Assembly (NCBI RefSeq): GCF_000143415.4
Contig: NW_003314279.1
Coordinates: 2,172,191 to 2,236,190 of the forward strand
Direction: 5' to 3'
Source of the DNA: Selaginella moellendorffii
Taxonomy: Eukaryota; Plantae; Lycopodiophyta
Length of the DNA: 64,000 nt
Shown here: piece after piece, positions 23,791 to 36,876 of the stretch
Layout of the letters: every line of letters begins with the position of its first letter
How positions within the stretch are numbered: the stretch's first letter is position 1
Made by a program: the position numbers and the translations under genes
The notes under the pieces: generated by a model
What the model was told of the DNA's origin: nothing
Database searches by the model: none
Seen by the model: only the letters and a program-made list of their open reading frames with translations

Positions 23791-26700
23791 TTAACAATAA
23801 TCACCACAAGAACAAACCCCTTGCTCAATGTGATGAAACCGGTAAGAGTCCCTCACCACGATCTTACGACCGGCAATCTTGGAAATCACCTTAGCAGCGT
23901 CGTGACACTCTACGCAAATCCTCCGAGTATTGACAACGTTGATAGTGCTTCCCTGTGGCGAAGCAAGCACGCCGAAAGCAATGGCTAGCTTCAAGCTGTG
24001 CTCGTTCTCTTGCACACTCCCCTCTTGTCCGCCTTCTTCACACAAGGAGGATCCCCTCAAGATCATCATCTCCTCTTGCAACCTCTGGAGCTCCGCCACA
24101 ATCTCCTCGATCCGAGGATGGCTCCAGTCCCCGGCCACAAACTCGTGAACTCTCCCTTTCACCTCGATCAAGCTGCTGCATTGATCTTCCTCTGGATCAC
24201 TCTGCTGCTCCTCGTCCGTGTACATGTTCGATAGCAACACATACGGCGCCGACGCAAACGGGAGCGCCAGATCGCAGGCCAGCTTCGCGATCCTCTTCGC
24301 CCTGTCCGTGTGGGAATGAACCTTACACGCCCCGAGCAAGCTATTCCACGCCGCCTTGTCTGGCTCCACCGGCATCGTTCTCAGCAGCTCCTCGGCCTCC
24401 TCTAGCCACCCAGCCCGGCCAAGGAGATCGATCACACACCCATAGTGCTCCGTCACAGGAACTATCCCAAAGTCCCCGACCATGATGTGGAACTGCTCCA
24501 ATCCATCGCTCACCACCCCAGCATGGCTGCAATTAAAGAGCACGCTGACGAAGGTGATTACGTTGGGCTGGATGCCCTCCAGCGCCATAGCCTTGAACAC
24601 CCTCCTCGCCTCCTCGGTATGCCCGTGGTGGGCATACCCCGCCAGCATGGCCGTCCATGACACCACGTTCCGCCACGTCATGGCGTCAAACACCGTACGG
24701 GCGCTGCCCAGGTGGCCGCACTTGCCGTACATGTTGACCAGCGCGTTGGCCACGTTGGTCTCGGCCTCGAACCCGCAACCGCTGACCCGGGCGTGAGTTC
24801 TTCGCCCCTCGGCTATGGCGCCCGTGCTCGCGCAAGCCTCCAGCACGCTCAGCAGCGTTACTTCGTTGGGCTGGATCCCATCCAGATCCATGCGATGGAA
24901 GAGCTCGATCGCGTCCCTGCCTCGCCCGTGCTCCGCCAGCGCCGCGATCAACCCCGACCACGACACCACATTCCGCCGCTCCATCCGATCGAACACCGCC
25001 CTGGCCTGATCGAGGCAGCCACACTTGCCCAGCGCGCTCACCAGCGCCGATCCCACCAGCAAATCGCCCTCCAGCCCCAGCCGGATCGCGTCCTCCTGGA
25101 GGAGCTTCGTGTCCCTGGCCGATCGGAGGCTCAGCGCCGCCCCCAGCGCGTGGACCAGCGTGATCTTGGTCGGCTCGAGCCTCTCCTCGCCGATCATCCG
25201 CCGGTACGTCTCCAGCGCCTCGTCGCTGCCGCCCAGCTGCGAGTGGGCCGCGATCATGCTGTTCCACGACACCACGTCCTTGGAATCGATCCTCTCGAAC
25301 GCCGCGCGGGCGAGATCCAAGCGCCGGCACTTGGAGTACATGTTGACGAGAGCGTTCCCCACGAACACCTGCGTGTCGAATCCATCCGCCGCGACCCTGT
25401 CGTGGATGCTCTTCCCTTGCTCGAGATCCCGGAGCCCCGAGCACGAGCACAGCGCGTGGATGTAGNNNNNNNNNNNNNNNNNNNNNNNNNNNNNNNNNNN
25501 NNNNNNNNNNNNNNNNNNNNNNNNNNNNNNNNNNNNNNNNNNNNNNNNNNNNNNNNNNNNNNNNNNNNNNNNNNNNNNNNNNNNNNNNNNNNNNNNNNNN
25601 NNNNNNNNNNNNNNNNNNNNNNNNNNNNNNNNNNNNNNNNNNNNNNNNNNNNNNNNNNNNNNNNNNNNNNNNNNNNNNNNNNNNNNNNNNNNNNNNNNNN
25701 NNNNNNNNNNNNNNNNNNNNNNNNNNNNNNNNNNNNNNNNNNNNNNNNNNNNNNNNNNNNNNNNNNNNNNNNNNNNNNNNNNNNNNNNNNNNNNNNNNNN
25801 NNNNNNNNCCCATCCTTCGCAGATCTGCATTGCCTCGCCCGGATTTCCCTGCTGGATGTAGATCCCCATGAGCGTGGAGCACGTAATCGGGTGCCGCCAC
25901 ACCAGATTATCAAAGACCGATCGAGCCTCCTCCGCGCTGCCGCACTTGCAATACATGTGGACGAGCGTGTTCCCGATCTCTTGCGAGAATTTGCCCCCAA
26001 ATCGTTGCAAGACACTGCCGTGAATCTTTCTTCCCTCTTCCACATCCTTGACGCTCGAACAAGCCCCAAGCACGGTCACATACGTGATCTCATTGGGAAT
26101 CACTGGCGGATTGGAGCAATCTTGAGCGACAGATTCGCGATCTTGATCATCCCGGATGCCGCAACCCTGATCTTGGCGTCCGGAAACGATCATCTGGTGG
26201 AACAGCGCCAGCGATTCCCTCCCATGCCCGTTCTGCGCGTAAGCCCCGATCATAGAATTCCAAGAAATCAAATCCCTAGCCTCCATAACATCGAAAACCT
26301 CCCTCGCCATCACCGTGCTGCCACACTTGCCGTACATGGCGATCAAAATATTTCCCGCCAGCTCGTCCACTCGGACCCCCATGGCCACCATCCGTACGTG
26401 GGCTTCCCGCCCACACCGCAACCCCAATCCTCCCCCAACCTTCGAGCACGCGCCCAGCAGCGCGAGGATCGCCGATCGATTCGCGCGAACGCCCTCGAGG
26501 TCCATGCTCCGGAAGAGGCAAATCGACGCGGAGAAATGCCCCAGCCGGGCATTTGCTGCGATCATCGCCGCCCACGAGTGGGCGTTCCAGAAAGCCCACG
26601 AATCAAACACCGCGGCCGCGTCCTCGACGCTGCCGCACCGCGCGTACATCTGGACGGCGATGTTGCCCAGCAGCGCATCGCCCGAGTAGCCGCTCTTGAG

Positions 26701-26868
26701 GAGGTGCGCGTGGGCGTGCTTGCCGCGCGCCAGATCCCCGGCGACGCCACACTCCCGCAGCACCGCGGCATACTTGGATGAATCCGCAGCCTCCAGCGCC
26801 TGCTGCCACCGCTCCTCCACCGCCGCATTTGCCCAGGAGGACAAGAGCCTCCGTCCATACCTCCTCAT
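23791..26868 (-). CDS. PLS-class PPR protein with E and DYW-like domain (RNA-editing factor family)
   Basis: Repeated NALVNMYGKCG/SWTAM PLS motifs. DYW domain reads HSLKLA...CVECH...RFHH...CSCGDYC. Spans an N-gap, so continuity is assumed. Confidence 0.9.
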   Translation of the reverse strand: MRRYGRRLLSSWANAAVEERWQQALEAADSSKYAAVLRECGVAGDLARGKHAHAHLLKSGYSGDALLGNIAVQMYARCGSVEDAAAVFDSWAFWNAHSWAAMIAANARLGHFSASICLFRSMDLEGVRANRSAILALLGACSKVGGGLGLRCGREAHVRMVAMGVRVDELAGNILIAMYGKCGSTVMAREVFDVMEARDLISWNSMIGAYAQNGHGRESLALFHQMIVSGRQDQGCGIRDDQDRESVAQDCSNPPVIPNEITYVTVLGACSSVKDVEEGRKIHGSVLQRFGGKFSQEIGNTLVHMYCKCGSAEEARSVFDNLVWRHPITCSTLMGIYIQQGNPGEAMQICEGWXXXXXXXXXXXXXXXXXXXXXXXXXXXXXXXXXXXXXXXXXXXXXXXXXXXXXXXXXXXXXXXXXXXXXXXXXXXXXXXXXXXXXXXXXXXXXXXXXXXXXXXXXXXXXXXXXXXYIHALCSCSGLRDLEQGKSIHDRVAADGFDTQVFVGNALVNMYSKCRRLDLARAAFERIDSKDVVSWNSMIAAHSQLGGSDEALETYRRMIGEERLEPTKITLVHALGAALSLRSARDTKLLQEDAIRLGLEGDLLVGSALVSALGKCGCLDQARAVFDRMERRNVVSWSGLIAALAEHGRGRDAIELFHRMDLDGIQPNEVTLLSVLEACASTGAIAEGRRTHARVSGCGFEAETNVANALVNMYGKCGHLGSARTVFDAMTWRNVVSWTAMLAGYAHHGHTEEARRVFKAMALEGIQPNVITFVSVLFNCSHAGVVSDGLEQFHIMVGDFGIVPVTEHYGCVIDLLGRAGWLEEAEELLRTMPVEPDKAAWNSLLGACKVHSHTDRAKRIAKLACDLALPFASAPYVLLSNMYTDEEQQSDPEEDQCSSLIEVKGRVHEFVAGDWSHPRIEEIVAELQRLQEEMMILRGSSLCEEGGQEGSVQENEHSLKLAIAFGVLASPQGSTINVVNTRRICVECHDAAKVISKIAGRKIVVRDSYRFHHIEQGVCSCGDYC
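25466..25808. other. Assembly gap (N run)
   Basis: Run of Ns. Confidence 1.
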
Positions 26869-27075
26869 TCATTTGCCCAAAACCCTAATCTTGTTTTGAA
26901 AAAACGGGTCGTTTATATATCAGTGTTAGGGTTAGGGCACCACTACCCCAGCCCTAATATTAAACTTTTTACAAAAGGTAAGAAAAGGGCTTTGCCCTAA
27001 CCCTAACCCCGCCTACTGCCAAGTGGACAAGACGTCTCTTGCTGGAGTGCTCGAGCAAACTCGAGCTCAAAACTT

Positions 27076-27747
<672 letters not shown>

Positions 27748-28223
27748 CTAGAGAGATCCGCGCTCGCGCTCTCTGCCTGACCTAAAATCTTTCCCCCCGC
27801 GCCCCTCCAAGAACCTAGGAATCGATCGATCCGCTGCCCTCGCAACCTAAAGATCGATCGATCTCGCCGCCGCTTCGCTCTCTCGATCGACACCGCCCCC
27901 GATCGATCTTTATAGCTCCTTTACCTCAGGTTCCCGGCGGCCGGTCACCGCCCTTTGCCTGGTCTCCACGCCGCCGCCGCCGTGCGCACAACAAGAACCT
28001 TCCAGCGCCATCTCAAGCGCCATTCCAAAAACCTCTAAATAAGTAGATGGACGGCCAGGAGCCAGCCAACGGCCCAGGACACCCTTTTCAGTTATTTTAT
28101 TCGCCCTTTTTAAGTACAGGAGATATTTTTGAAAGGCGGGATATTCGACCTTTAGCGTTAACGGTCGACCGGAAAACACTGTTAAAAAAAATTTACAATT
28201 TTCTTTTCGCGCGAGAGGGATCG

Positions 28224-30054
28224 TCAGTAGAGACGAATTCGTGTTGTGATTCTTTGGCGACAGATCGGGCAATTCGCCAAGCTTTTTCCACAGTCTCTAC
28301 ACGTCTGCATTGAAAAACACATACGTCAAGGTCGATATAGCGCAGAGAAAGAGCAACTTGAATCGCCCCACCTGGTGGCCACAGCCGAAAGCTAGGTCCT
28401 TTCTCTCGCTCAAACAAATGGGACAAAGCTGGGACCAACACAGACCACCAAGCTCGTGACTTCTATGCCAGCAACAGTTGCGTGAAAGATCCAAAGTCTT
28501 ACCTGGTGCTCATAGTTTGCTGCTGCTTGTGGCGGTGTTGGTGGTGCCGCTGGCGGGCGACTATAAGCCGAGCTGTTCGATCGCCCGGCGTCAGCTCGCA
28601 ACACCGATGGTGGGGGTGATAGTGGCTTCTTCACAGCGTAGCTTCCTGTTGTTTGCCTGATAAGAATGTTACAGACAAGCTAAACGGGAGAATCGGTAAA
28701 GCGGAAGACGTACCCCAGGATTTCGAGCTCCATTGTCGCCCTGTACTGCGCCGGGATTTCCATTAGCGCCTGCAGCGCGAAGGATGCTTCCCTCTGAGCA
28801 CCCTTGGACATAATTTCCGAGAAGTTCACAAACTGCACGACAAGAGAGATTAAGTCAGTCGCGCTAGAAACAACATAGAAAGCGAGAATACTTGGAAGTT
28901 GTCAAACAATCGCTGAGGAATGTTATCGTCAAACTGTCGCATCATGTCCCATGGCCCATCTCCAACACCAACAAGAACTATAGACAACGGAAGATTACTG
29001 CGCAAGCAAGCACCAAGTTGAGTTTTTCGCGGAAAACAAGAAGGCATTGACCTGGCTGCAACGATCGCGTCCACTGTACTCTGCTCTTGAGGGCTCAGTG
29101 CTCCATTTTCTACATCAACACTCCTGGTTACCTGTCCATTCAGACTCATCAGCACGCATAGGACTATATAATAATCCCACAAACGTAGTTACCTGGCCAT
29201 CGGCGATGATAAGTAGGACATGATACTGGCCTCCACTTTGCTCAACAATGTCCATTGCAGCTTCAATGATTGGTGCGAAAGATGTTGGGCCTGCGCAGAG
29301 AATATAAGCAAAAACTACGTGCTGACCGTCCCACAAGAATAAAAGAACCTGCGAGGCGGACATTCGGTGCAATCTCTCTGTATCGCGAGAGAGCTTCCTC
29401 AAATCCTTGGCACGGCCTTTGCTCCGGATAGAAGCCAAAGACGTGCTCGTCGTGAGTCGAGGCTGCGAGCAAAGAGTTTTTTTTTTACAAACTTTGCCAA
29501 GTTCTAGTTCATATGAAAACAAACTTACCATCTCCAAAGCCAAAGCATGGAATCAAATTGTCCTCGTCGAACTTCGAGAGGGTGCGTCCAATGATGGAAA
29601 TCGCCTGCTCGTATGGATTTTGGTGGTCTCCAAGAGCATGCAAGCTCCTCCCGTTGAAAGTACGCTTTCCTGCAAGGAAAGGTTGCAATCCTCAAACAAT
29701 CACTGAAAATCATTATCTAGCTCTAGCTCTACTTTGTGATACCTGTCCATTCGTTGCTTTTCGTGAAATCGATACCCACGATAAGATTGGAGGATTCCAG
29801 GCCAGCTTTGTGTAGGGCCTCCTGGACCTGGAAGAATGAAAAGGAAGCCACTGTTCACTGACAAGAAGGAAAAAGAGAGTTTGGCATGCCTGCTCTATCG
29901 TGCCGAATTGGTCGCCAATGTGAGAATATTTGCTGGAGAACCTCCTATCCAGCGACTTTGGAAGACCTCTCGGCGACGGCTCGTTTGACGACGATCTGGG
30001 CGATGGCTCGGCATAGTAAGTGCTGGTGCTGCTCTTGGAAGAAGCGCTTCCCAT
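28224..30054 (-). CDS. RGLG: RGLG-type E3 ubiquitin ligase (copine/vWA + RING), multi-exon
   Basis: MGS N-myristoylation start, [30 protein letters not shown] and [28 protein letters not shown]...CPICR. Confidence 0.93.
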
Positions 30055-30827
30055 CAAAGAATTCTTCGCCCTTTCTTCTCAGTCCACAAGGAAGGAATGA
30101 GCTAAATTTACAACGTCGATCGCGAAGAGAGCTCGGAGAAATCTCACTAAGAAGCACAGCGCGAACACGAAGAAGGAGAAGCCGGACATATGGAGACGGA
30201 CGAGCTCACCGATCCAGCACAATTCGCCCAAAACCTAGCTCCCGGAACCGAGGAATCGACAGCGCCTCGTCAATGTGCGTCCGCCGAGCCAGATCCATCG
30301 AGCGCGCCTAGCTCGCTCTGCCCTTGCCTGGCAGGAACCTTCGTTCACGGCGTGAGCGGGGAGGGAAATCTTCCCTGGCGGAATCGCTACTCATCCAGCG
30401 GCTGCCGTGCTCGGAGCTTACGGAAAGCGTGTGGCGACTGACGGTCTGGATTCAGGCGGATTTTCTATGCCGTGGATAACTGCTCTTGGAGAGAAGAGGT
30501 CCGAGGTTCGATCCCACTGAATTCTTCGTTCTCGAAATTTCTAGGGCTGATGCGCTTGGGAGCGTCTGCATGGCGCTGGAGCTGCGCGATTCCACAGGTA
30601 CGATGGCTGGAAATCTCGGGAGGGTAGCTCGCATGGGAGAATGTAGGCCTTGAGAAGATGGATAGAGCAAGGAATTCAGGTCTATAGAGCAGCACAGCAG
30701 TGGTAAGGCCGTGAGAGTGGAGTCCACTGGTAGTGAAGAACTTCAAAGCGCTGGAAGAAGTTTTTGGTAGATTTCTTCCTGGCACTGCGAAGATCACACA
30801 AAGAAAATCACCAAGGCCAGGAATGTC

Positions 30828-32189
30828 ATGGACGCATTGCCAGACGAGGTTTTGTCTCACGTTTTTAGCCGCATCACCAGCACGGCGGACAGGAATTCTC
30901 TGGCTCTCTCTTGCAAGCGCTGCCACCATGTAGAACGACTCCAGAGATGGTCTTTGAGGCTGGGCTGTGGCTTGCATCCGGTTGACGAGGCCTTGGTTCG
31001 ACTGTGCAAGAGGTTTTCCAACTTGGTGAGTGTGGAGATTTCTTACTTGGGATGGATGTCCAACCAGGGAAGGCAGCTGGATGATCAAGGCCTGGCTCTT
31101 CTCTCGGAGAATTGCCGGCTTCTCACGACTCTCAAGCTGAGTTACTGCTGCTTCATCACAGATACCGGGCTTGGGAATCTGGGAAGGAGCAGCAACTTGG
31201 AGGTTCTGACGCTCAACTTCATCCCGCGGATAAGTGGTATCGGGATGCTTTCGCTGGTGACTTGCTGCAGTAAGATCAAGGAGCTAGAGCTGGATCGCTG
31301 CATGCATGTCGACAGGGTGGAGTGGCTAGAGCATCTGGGAGCGGAGGGAAGGCTCGAGAATTTGTTTATACGCAACTGTCGAGGTGTTGGAGAGCTCGAC
31401 CTTGCGGGCCTTGACTGGGGATGGAGTAGCCTTCGCAGGCTCGTGTTTGAGGTTGATGGTAGCAACTATCGCTTCCTCAAGGAGTTTGGAAATGCTGGAG
31501 TTTGCGGGATCGACGTCAACTCTGAGTCTCTCCAGCTTTTGGTTCTTACGAACTGTGTGGTCACTCCGCGAAGAGGATTATCGTCGGTTCTCGCCAGATG
31601 CAGCAGCGCGCTGGTGGACGTGGAACTCAACATGTGTTTGGGCCTGAGGGACGAGCAGCTGATTGCTCTAGCGGAAACTTGCTCGCAACTCAAGTCTTTG
31701 ACACTCAGGCTCTCGTCACTTTTCGAAGGATCAACAAGGATCACGGACGCAAGCTTCTGTGCGCTAGCGACGCACTGTGTGTTCTTGGAGAAGGCATGCA
31801 TTGGCTTCAGCAGTGGGGAGTTTCACTTTGTCACTGTGGCAGGCCTGGCACTTGTGATTCAAGGGTGCTGTTTCCTGAAAGAGCTCGTACTGGAGAACGT
31901 GGGATGTTTCAACGACGAAGGCATGGAGGCTGTTTGCTCTTCGGGATCATTGGAGACTCTGGAACTGGTGGTGTGTGGTCAAGTGGGAGACAAAGGCATA
32001 TCTGGTTTGGCATGCTCAAAGCTGAGGAAGCTGAGGCTTTGCCGGTGCAGTGGGATCACAGGGACAGGATTTAACTCTCTTGCTGGCAGAAGTCCAAAGC
32101 TGAATGTTCTGGAAGTTGAAAACTGCCCGCGTGTAGTGATTGATAGTTTGGAGGGTGTTGCAAGCACGCTGCGTTATAAACAGAGCTAG
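30828..32189 (+). CDS. F-box/LRR protein (FBL14-like), intronless
   Basis: MDALPDEVLSHVF F-box followed by cysteine-containing LRRs; 453-aa ORF. Confidence 0.9.
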   Translation: MDALPDEVLSHVFSRITSTADRNSLALSCKRCHHVERLQRWSLRLGCGLHPVDEALVRLCKRFSNLVSVEISYLGWMSNQGRQLDDQGLALLSENCRLLTTLKLSYCCFITDTGLGNLGRSSNLEVLTLNFIPRISGIGMLSLVTCCSKIKELELDRCMHVDRVEWLEHLGAEGRLENLFIRNCRGVGELDLAGLDWGWSSLRRLVFEVDGSNYRFLKEFGNAGVCGIDVNSESLQLLVLTNCVVTPRRGLSSVLARCSSALVDVELNMCLGLRDEQLIALAETCSQLKSLTLRLSSLFEGSTRITDASFCALATHCVFLEKACIGFSSGEFHFVTVAGLALVIQGCCFLKELVLENVGCFNDEGMEAVCSSGSLETLELVVCGQVGDKGISGLACSKLRKLRLCRCSGITGTGFNSLAGRSPKLNVLEVENCPRVVIDSLEGVASTLRYKQS

Positions 32190-33558
32190 AATTCGTCGAC
32201 AGAGGCTTCGTTTCTTGGACTTCGGTGACAAAGTTAAGAGGTAAGTGCTTCGCATTTGAGAAAGGTCGTGCGTTTCCAGATGCTAACAAGCGTTTTACTT
32301 TCACGTTGGCTAGCAGGTCTCGCAAAAGTCTGGAAACGACTGTTCTTAATTTCATCTCAGGCTTTCAATGGAAGGTGGTAAGGAAGCTGCTTGTGTTGGT
32401 AGATCATGCGTTTTCAAATGACGTTTTCTACAGTGATCACGCTGCAAGGCCGAGTCGCGACTTGACGATATGAGAACCATAAAAACTGTAAGAACAGGAG
32501 ACTTGGTCTTGGAACGAGTAATTGGACATATTGTGACGCTTTCCTCCTCTTAAAGGAATCATGGGACGATATCGAGGGCCTTGACGGCCGGATCTCGCGT
32601 TAATGCGCGCCCTGGGAAAGAAACATGCCTTGTGCCAACTTGTTTCCACACCAAGTAAGTAATTTCCTGAAGTTTCCAAATGATCACGAGACAGACAGTC
32701 AATAGGACAAGAAGACAAACAAAACAAGCAAGCGAACGTGCGTGTCCGGGAGGAAACAACACCCGAAGCGTCCCCTTGTCCGCTTTGGACGCTCGAGAGA
32801 GAGACCCAAAACACACCAAAGCGTAAGTAGCTCTCTAAGTTGCTCGTAAGTTGTGAGTGATCTGGATCTGGATTTGCAGCCCGACAAGGCGATGTGCTTA
32901 AGACAAATCCAGCCTTGGATAGATTCCCAAAACAGTCACGATGAACAAAGCGAAGAAGAGAGAAGGAAGAAGAAAGAAAGAAAAAAGAAAAAGCTGGCGA
33001 GGTCTCCATCGCAGCACTGCGCCTTTGGCATTAAAGTCCAGCGCAAGCTTTCGGCTTGACCTTTGAGAACACAGCGTTCGTACGGGGACTGACCCCGCGC
33101 TCGATCCACCGTCCGTACGTGTCCTTAGAATATAAACTGTCTCCACCACCATCATGGTCGTCTCGGTTGTGTAGAGGAATCCAGTCCAGCTAAACTTCAC
33201 CTCCAATTCTTCGCAGTTCTAGAAGAGAAAAATAAGATTTTTCACATACAAATCTATGCAGTCAGCCAGCAGCAGGCAAAGATTTGGAGTTTTTTATCCG
33301 TGTAAGAGCAAGAGTCAGACATGAGGATTGTCACAATCAGGCATGCAAACCCACAAAGAAAAAGAGTAAACAGAGACCCAGCTTTCACTTGTTTTTATAG
33401 TTTCAGCGCTTTCTCCCATCTCCGATCAAACGAATCATGGGAGGCCATCGGCATTAGATTCGCTGCGGCATTTCTTTTTTGTGTTCCCCCTTCGGCCCGG
33501 TGCGATGCCTCTGTTTTGTTTCGTGTGTGGTTTTGTGTGTATATAAAAAAACTTGAGT

Positions 33559-33580
33559 TGTGTGTGTGTGTGTGTGTGTG
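33559..33580. repeat. (TG)n microsatellite
   Basis: About 11 TG units. Confidence 0.9.
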
Positions 33581-35471
33581 CGTCTTGTTTTGTTTTGCTG
33601 GGGTTCTTCTTTAAGGTCACACAAGAGAAGAGCTATCATGCCAAGCAAGCAAACCTCCAATTTGGAAGATCGAAACGAAGAGAGATCACACCCAGAGTCA
33701 CCATCCGGGCTTCTGTGAAAGCCTGCTTTGTTTCGCCTTGGCTCTCTGGAAAAGGAGAGAGGGGTAAAGAACAAAAGTTAGAAAAGTCCTCCAGGGAGAT
33801 TGCTGGTTTACTGTTTGTACCCTTTCCATAGCTGGAAGGCAATGGAGGGAAGGCTATGGAGGGAAGGTGGGCTTTCCAAAAACAAAACATATGTGTGTGG
33901 AAAAAAAGGTGGTGGGCTTCAATCTATGTGTTTAGTCTGAGAGGGGGAGGGAGGGGAGGGACACTTTCAACAGCCTCCCCTCCCCTGCTACTGCACCCAA
34001 GCATGCATTTTGCAATTACAAACAACTTTGCAACAGAGGCAAGAAGCGGGAAACAGGAGTACATTCAGTCAAGTACAATCAATGGATTTTTGCAAATCCC
34101 CTGCCCTGTACCATGTTGTAATGTCAAGAATGCCATGCCATGCCCTCCCCCTCTGTCACAAGGGTGGCACACACACACATACACAAAGACACCTGTCTGC
34201 ACCCTAGGCAGACTTTTTGTAGCCGATTTCAAAACACAGGTTCAACATGTTCAATTGGAGGGAAGGAAAGGTGGTACAGAAAAGCAGTCCTCCCATTGCT
34301 TAGTTGACAAGCTTTGGCTTAAAATGATAGAAATCTTCTGAGCGAGAGCTGTAGCAAGAGCAGGAGCAAGTGCACTTTGTAGCAGCCGGCCTTGATTCTT
34401 GAGAAAACACCTCGGCCTCGTTCGTCTCAACCCCAAATCCCACACAAAAAACTGTTAATTCTCGGGAAAACGACCGACTCGCCTGCTCCGGCTCCGCGGT
34501 TTCAACCAAGAAGCACTCATGCTCCTCTCAAATACTTAGCCCATGCCATTCATTTCTCCATTTCATCATGGCCTATTGCCCAGAATAATCTATTATACAG
34601 CATCAATCACAGGAAAACTTGTCTACAAGTTCGTTGATAACAAGTAAAGCGCCACCTTAAAGAAAGACAAAGAAATATTGACTCCGAGCTTGTTAATGAG
34701 AAGCGATTAACTAGTAGATTAATAAAGATTAACTCTCATTTTTCTCATTTTTCTTCTTTTCTTTTTCTTTTTTGAAGCATTCGTTCGTTCCCATTAGAAA
34801 AATATTTAAGAGTTAGTCTGGCCTGCCAAGCCTCTACCAATCACCAGACCAGATCTATTCAAAGCCCAAAGCAATCCAAAGCACACCCTCCCTGCCGCAC
34901 TGAACTGCAACAAAGAGCACAGCCTGCTGCTTCCTCCTGTTGACTGTCCCAAGAGATGAAAGCCTCCTTTCCTCTCACTCTCACTCTCTTTCTCACTCTC
35001 TCTCTCTCTCACGAGAAGAAAGAAAAAAAAAGTAGAAAAAAAAAAACCAACTTTCTTTTTTACTACTTACTTGTTTCGCCGGATCGAATGCGCAATCAAA
35101 GCTCTTGTTGTCTCTTGCTTTGCTGCTATTTCTTCTCTGATCTCCATGCTCTGACCCCCCAGGAGTTTCTTCTATAAATCGTGCCACAGATAAGGCCCAC
35201 CCGCCGGAGGAGGAGCAGCTCGGTTGGAGTGGAGACAAAAACCCGGCATCAATGCGCAACCTGCAGCTCTAAAAACTAGTAGCGTAGTGCTCCTTAATTA
35301 TCCCCCCCCGTCTGATCGGCCGTAGTCCAGGAAAACCACTGCTGGAATTTGCTGCTGCTGCTGCTGCTTGCTAGACCAACTGGCCGATCCAAACTGCTGT
35401 TGGACTGGATGGAGCTCCGCCTGGACCCGCTGCCAGTACTAATAGTAATACCTCTCCTCTTGCTTCCGCTT

Positions 35472-36876
35472 TTAGAAGAGATCCCACACCGAATGATCAC
35501 CGCTGTTCGCCATTGACGACGATAGCTTCTTCCTCACCGACTGGCTCTCCACTTCAATTCTCCTCTTTTTGAGATTCACTTGGCTCCCGCACCAATCCAT
35601 GCTGCTGCTGCTGCCGCCGCCGCCCGCCTGGTAGAGGTCGATCACCGTCATCGGACTAGGTGGCGACTTGGAGCTTCCAAAGGTCTGGCCGAGTGACACC
35701 CCGGGGCACACTGGATCGATGATGAGGTCCTCGATCAGCCTGTAGCACTGGTGTAGAGTTGCCTATCAACCAGCAAGCGGGGTCAGGTATTCCAGCCTCG
35801 TAAAAAGACAAGCTTTAGCTTTTGTACCACCAACCTGGTCCGTTGGGAGCGCCATGAGCAGCACGCGTTGATACGTCGCGGCCTTGAGGGGTACAATCTC
35901 ATCCAGCGCGCAGCTAAATGCCGCAAGAGCGATCGCCGATGGCCGGAACACCAAGAACTCGGGCTCTGAGAGAGCAAAGACACGGTCATACAACACAAAC
36001 GTTACGCTCAAACGTCGAAACAAAAAAGAAGAGACGCACTCTCACCTGAGAGGGTCCCCAGAATGAGCTCAGTAATTCGTGCCAGAATCGATGCCTTGAG
36101 ATGCTTGGAGATATCGAGCCTGTAGAGCAGATCATCCACGTATTCGAACGCTGTCACACCACACATGCGCCAGTCCAGCGTTTTCAGCACCACCAGCTCC
36201 ATTCTTTGGATTGTTTTCGCCTCGAAGACGTGCTCCAGCCCCTCGACCTGGAAGGGGAACCTTAGATCCAAAAGAGGAGAAACGCGAAGAAAAAACTTTA
36301 CTTGCAAATCTGGCAGACAAGGCACGACGATCTCTTCCATCTTCGCGGCAAGAGAAATGCAGGCAATGGAGAGAAGTTGTATCGCCCAAGCCTTGAGCGA
36401 CTGGAAAGAAGGAGAGAAACGATCAACAGATGGAGCAAGAAAGGATTTTTTTGCGATTCTACCTTTGGAAGATGCCTGGATAGATACCGATCTAAGTAGC
36501 TCGAGGCCAGCGCGGCCGTCATGGGGCTGAAAGCATAGACATTGCGAACCTGGAGCTTTCTGGAATGAGGAGAAGAAAAAAAGATGGATTTGAATCCACA
36601 TTGCTTTACCTTGAGCATCCAATTCACGGCCACGGCCCTAGCGTGCAGCACAGACGCATCGCGCTGCAGCGCAAGAAGATATCCATCGCCGAGCGTCTGG
36701 CTCCTTTCTCTCGAAACAACGCTCTGGAGAGCCGCATCGTCTCTTGGGGGGAAATCTGTGAGGGCCGCAAGATCGGCATTGTCGGGGCTTTCGTCCAAAA
36801 CCTCGGCAGAGTCGCCGCTCCAGGGGCTGCCGATCATCTCCTCGGTGCAAAACAGGCCTCCGTCCTGACACTCCAT
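35472..36876 (-). CDS. CYCD: D-type cyclin, multi-exon
   Basis: N-terminal LxCxE (LFCTE), ARAVAVNWMLKV, YLDRYLS, QLLSIACISLAAKMEE and FEAKTIQRMELVVL. Confidence 0.95.

Noticed and set aside
24712-26781. 689-aa + strand ORF and other overlapping ORFs
   Set aside because: Antisense shadows of the GC-rich PPR gene, inflated by the N-gap.
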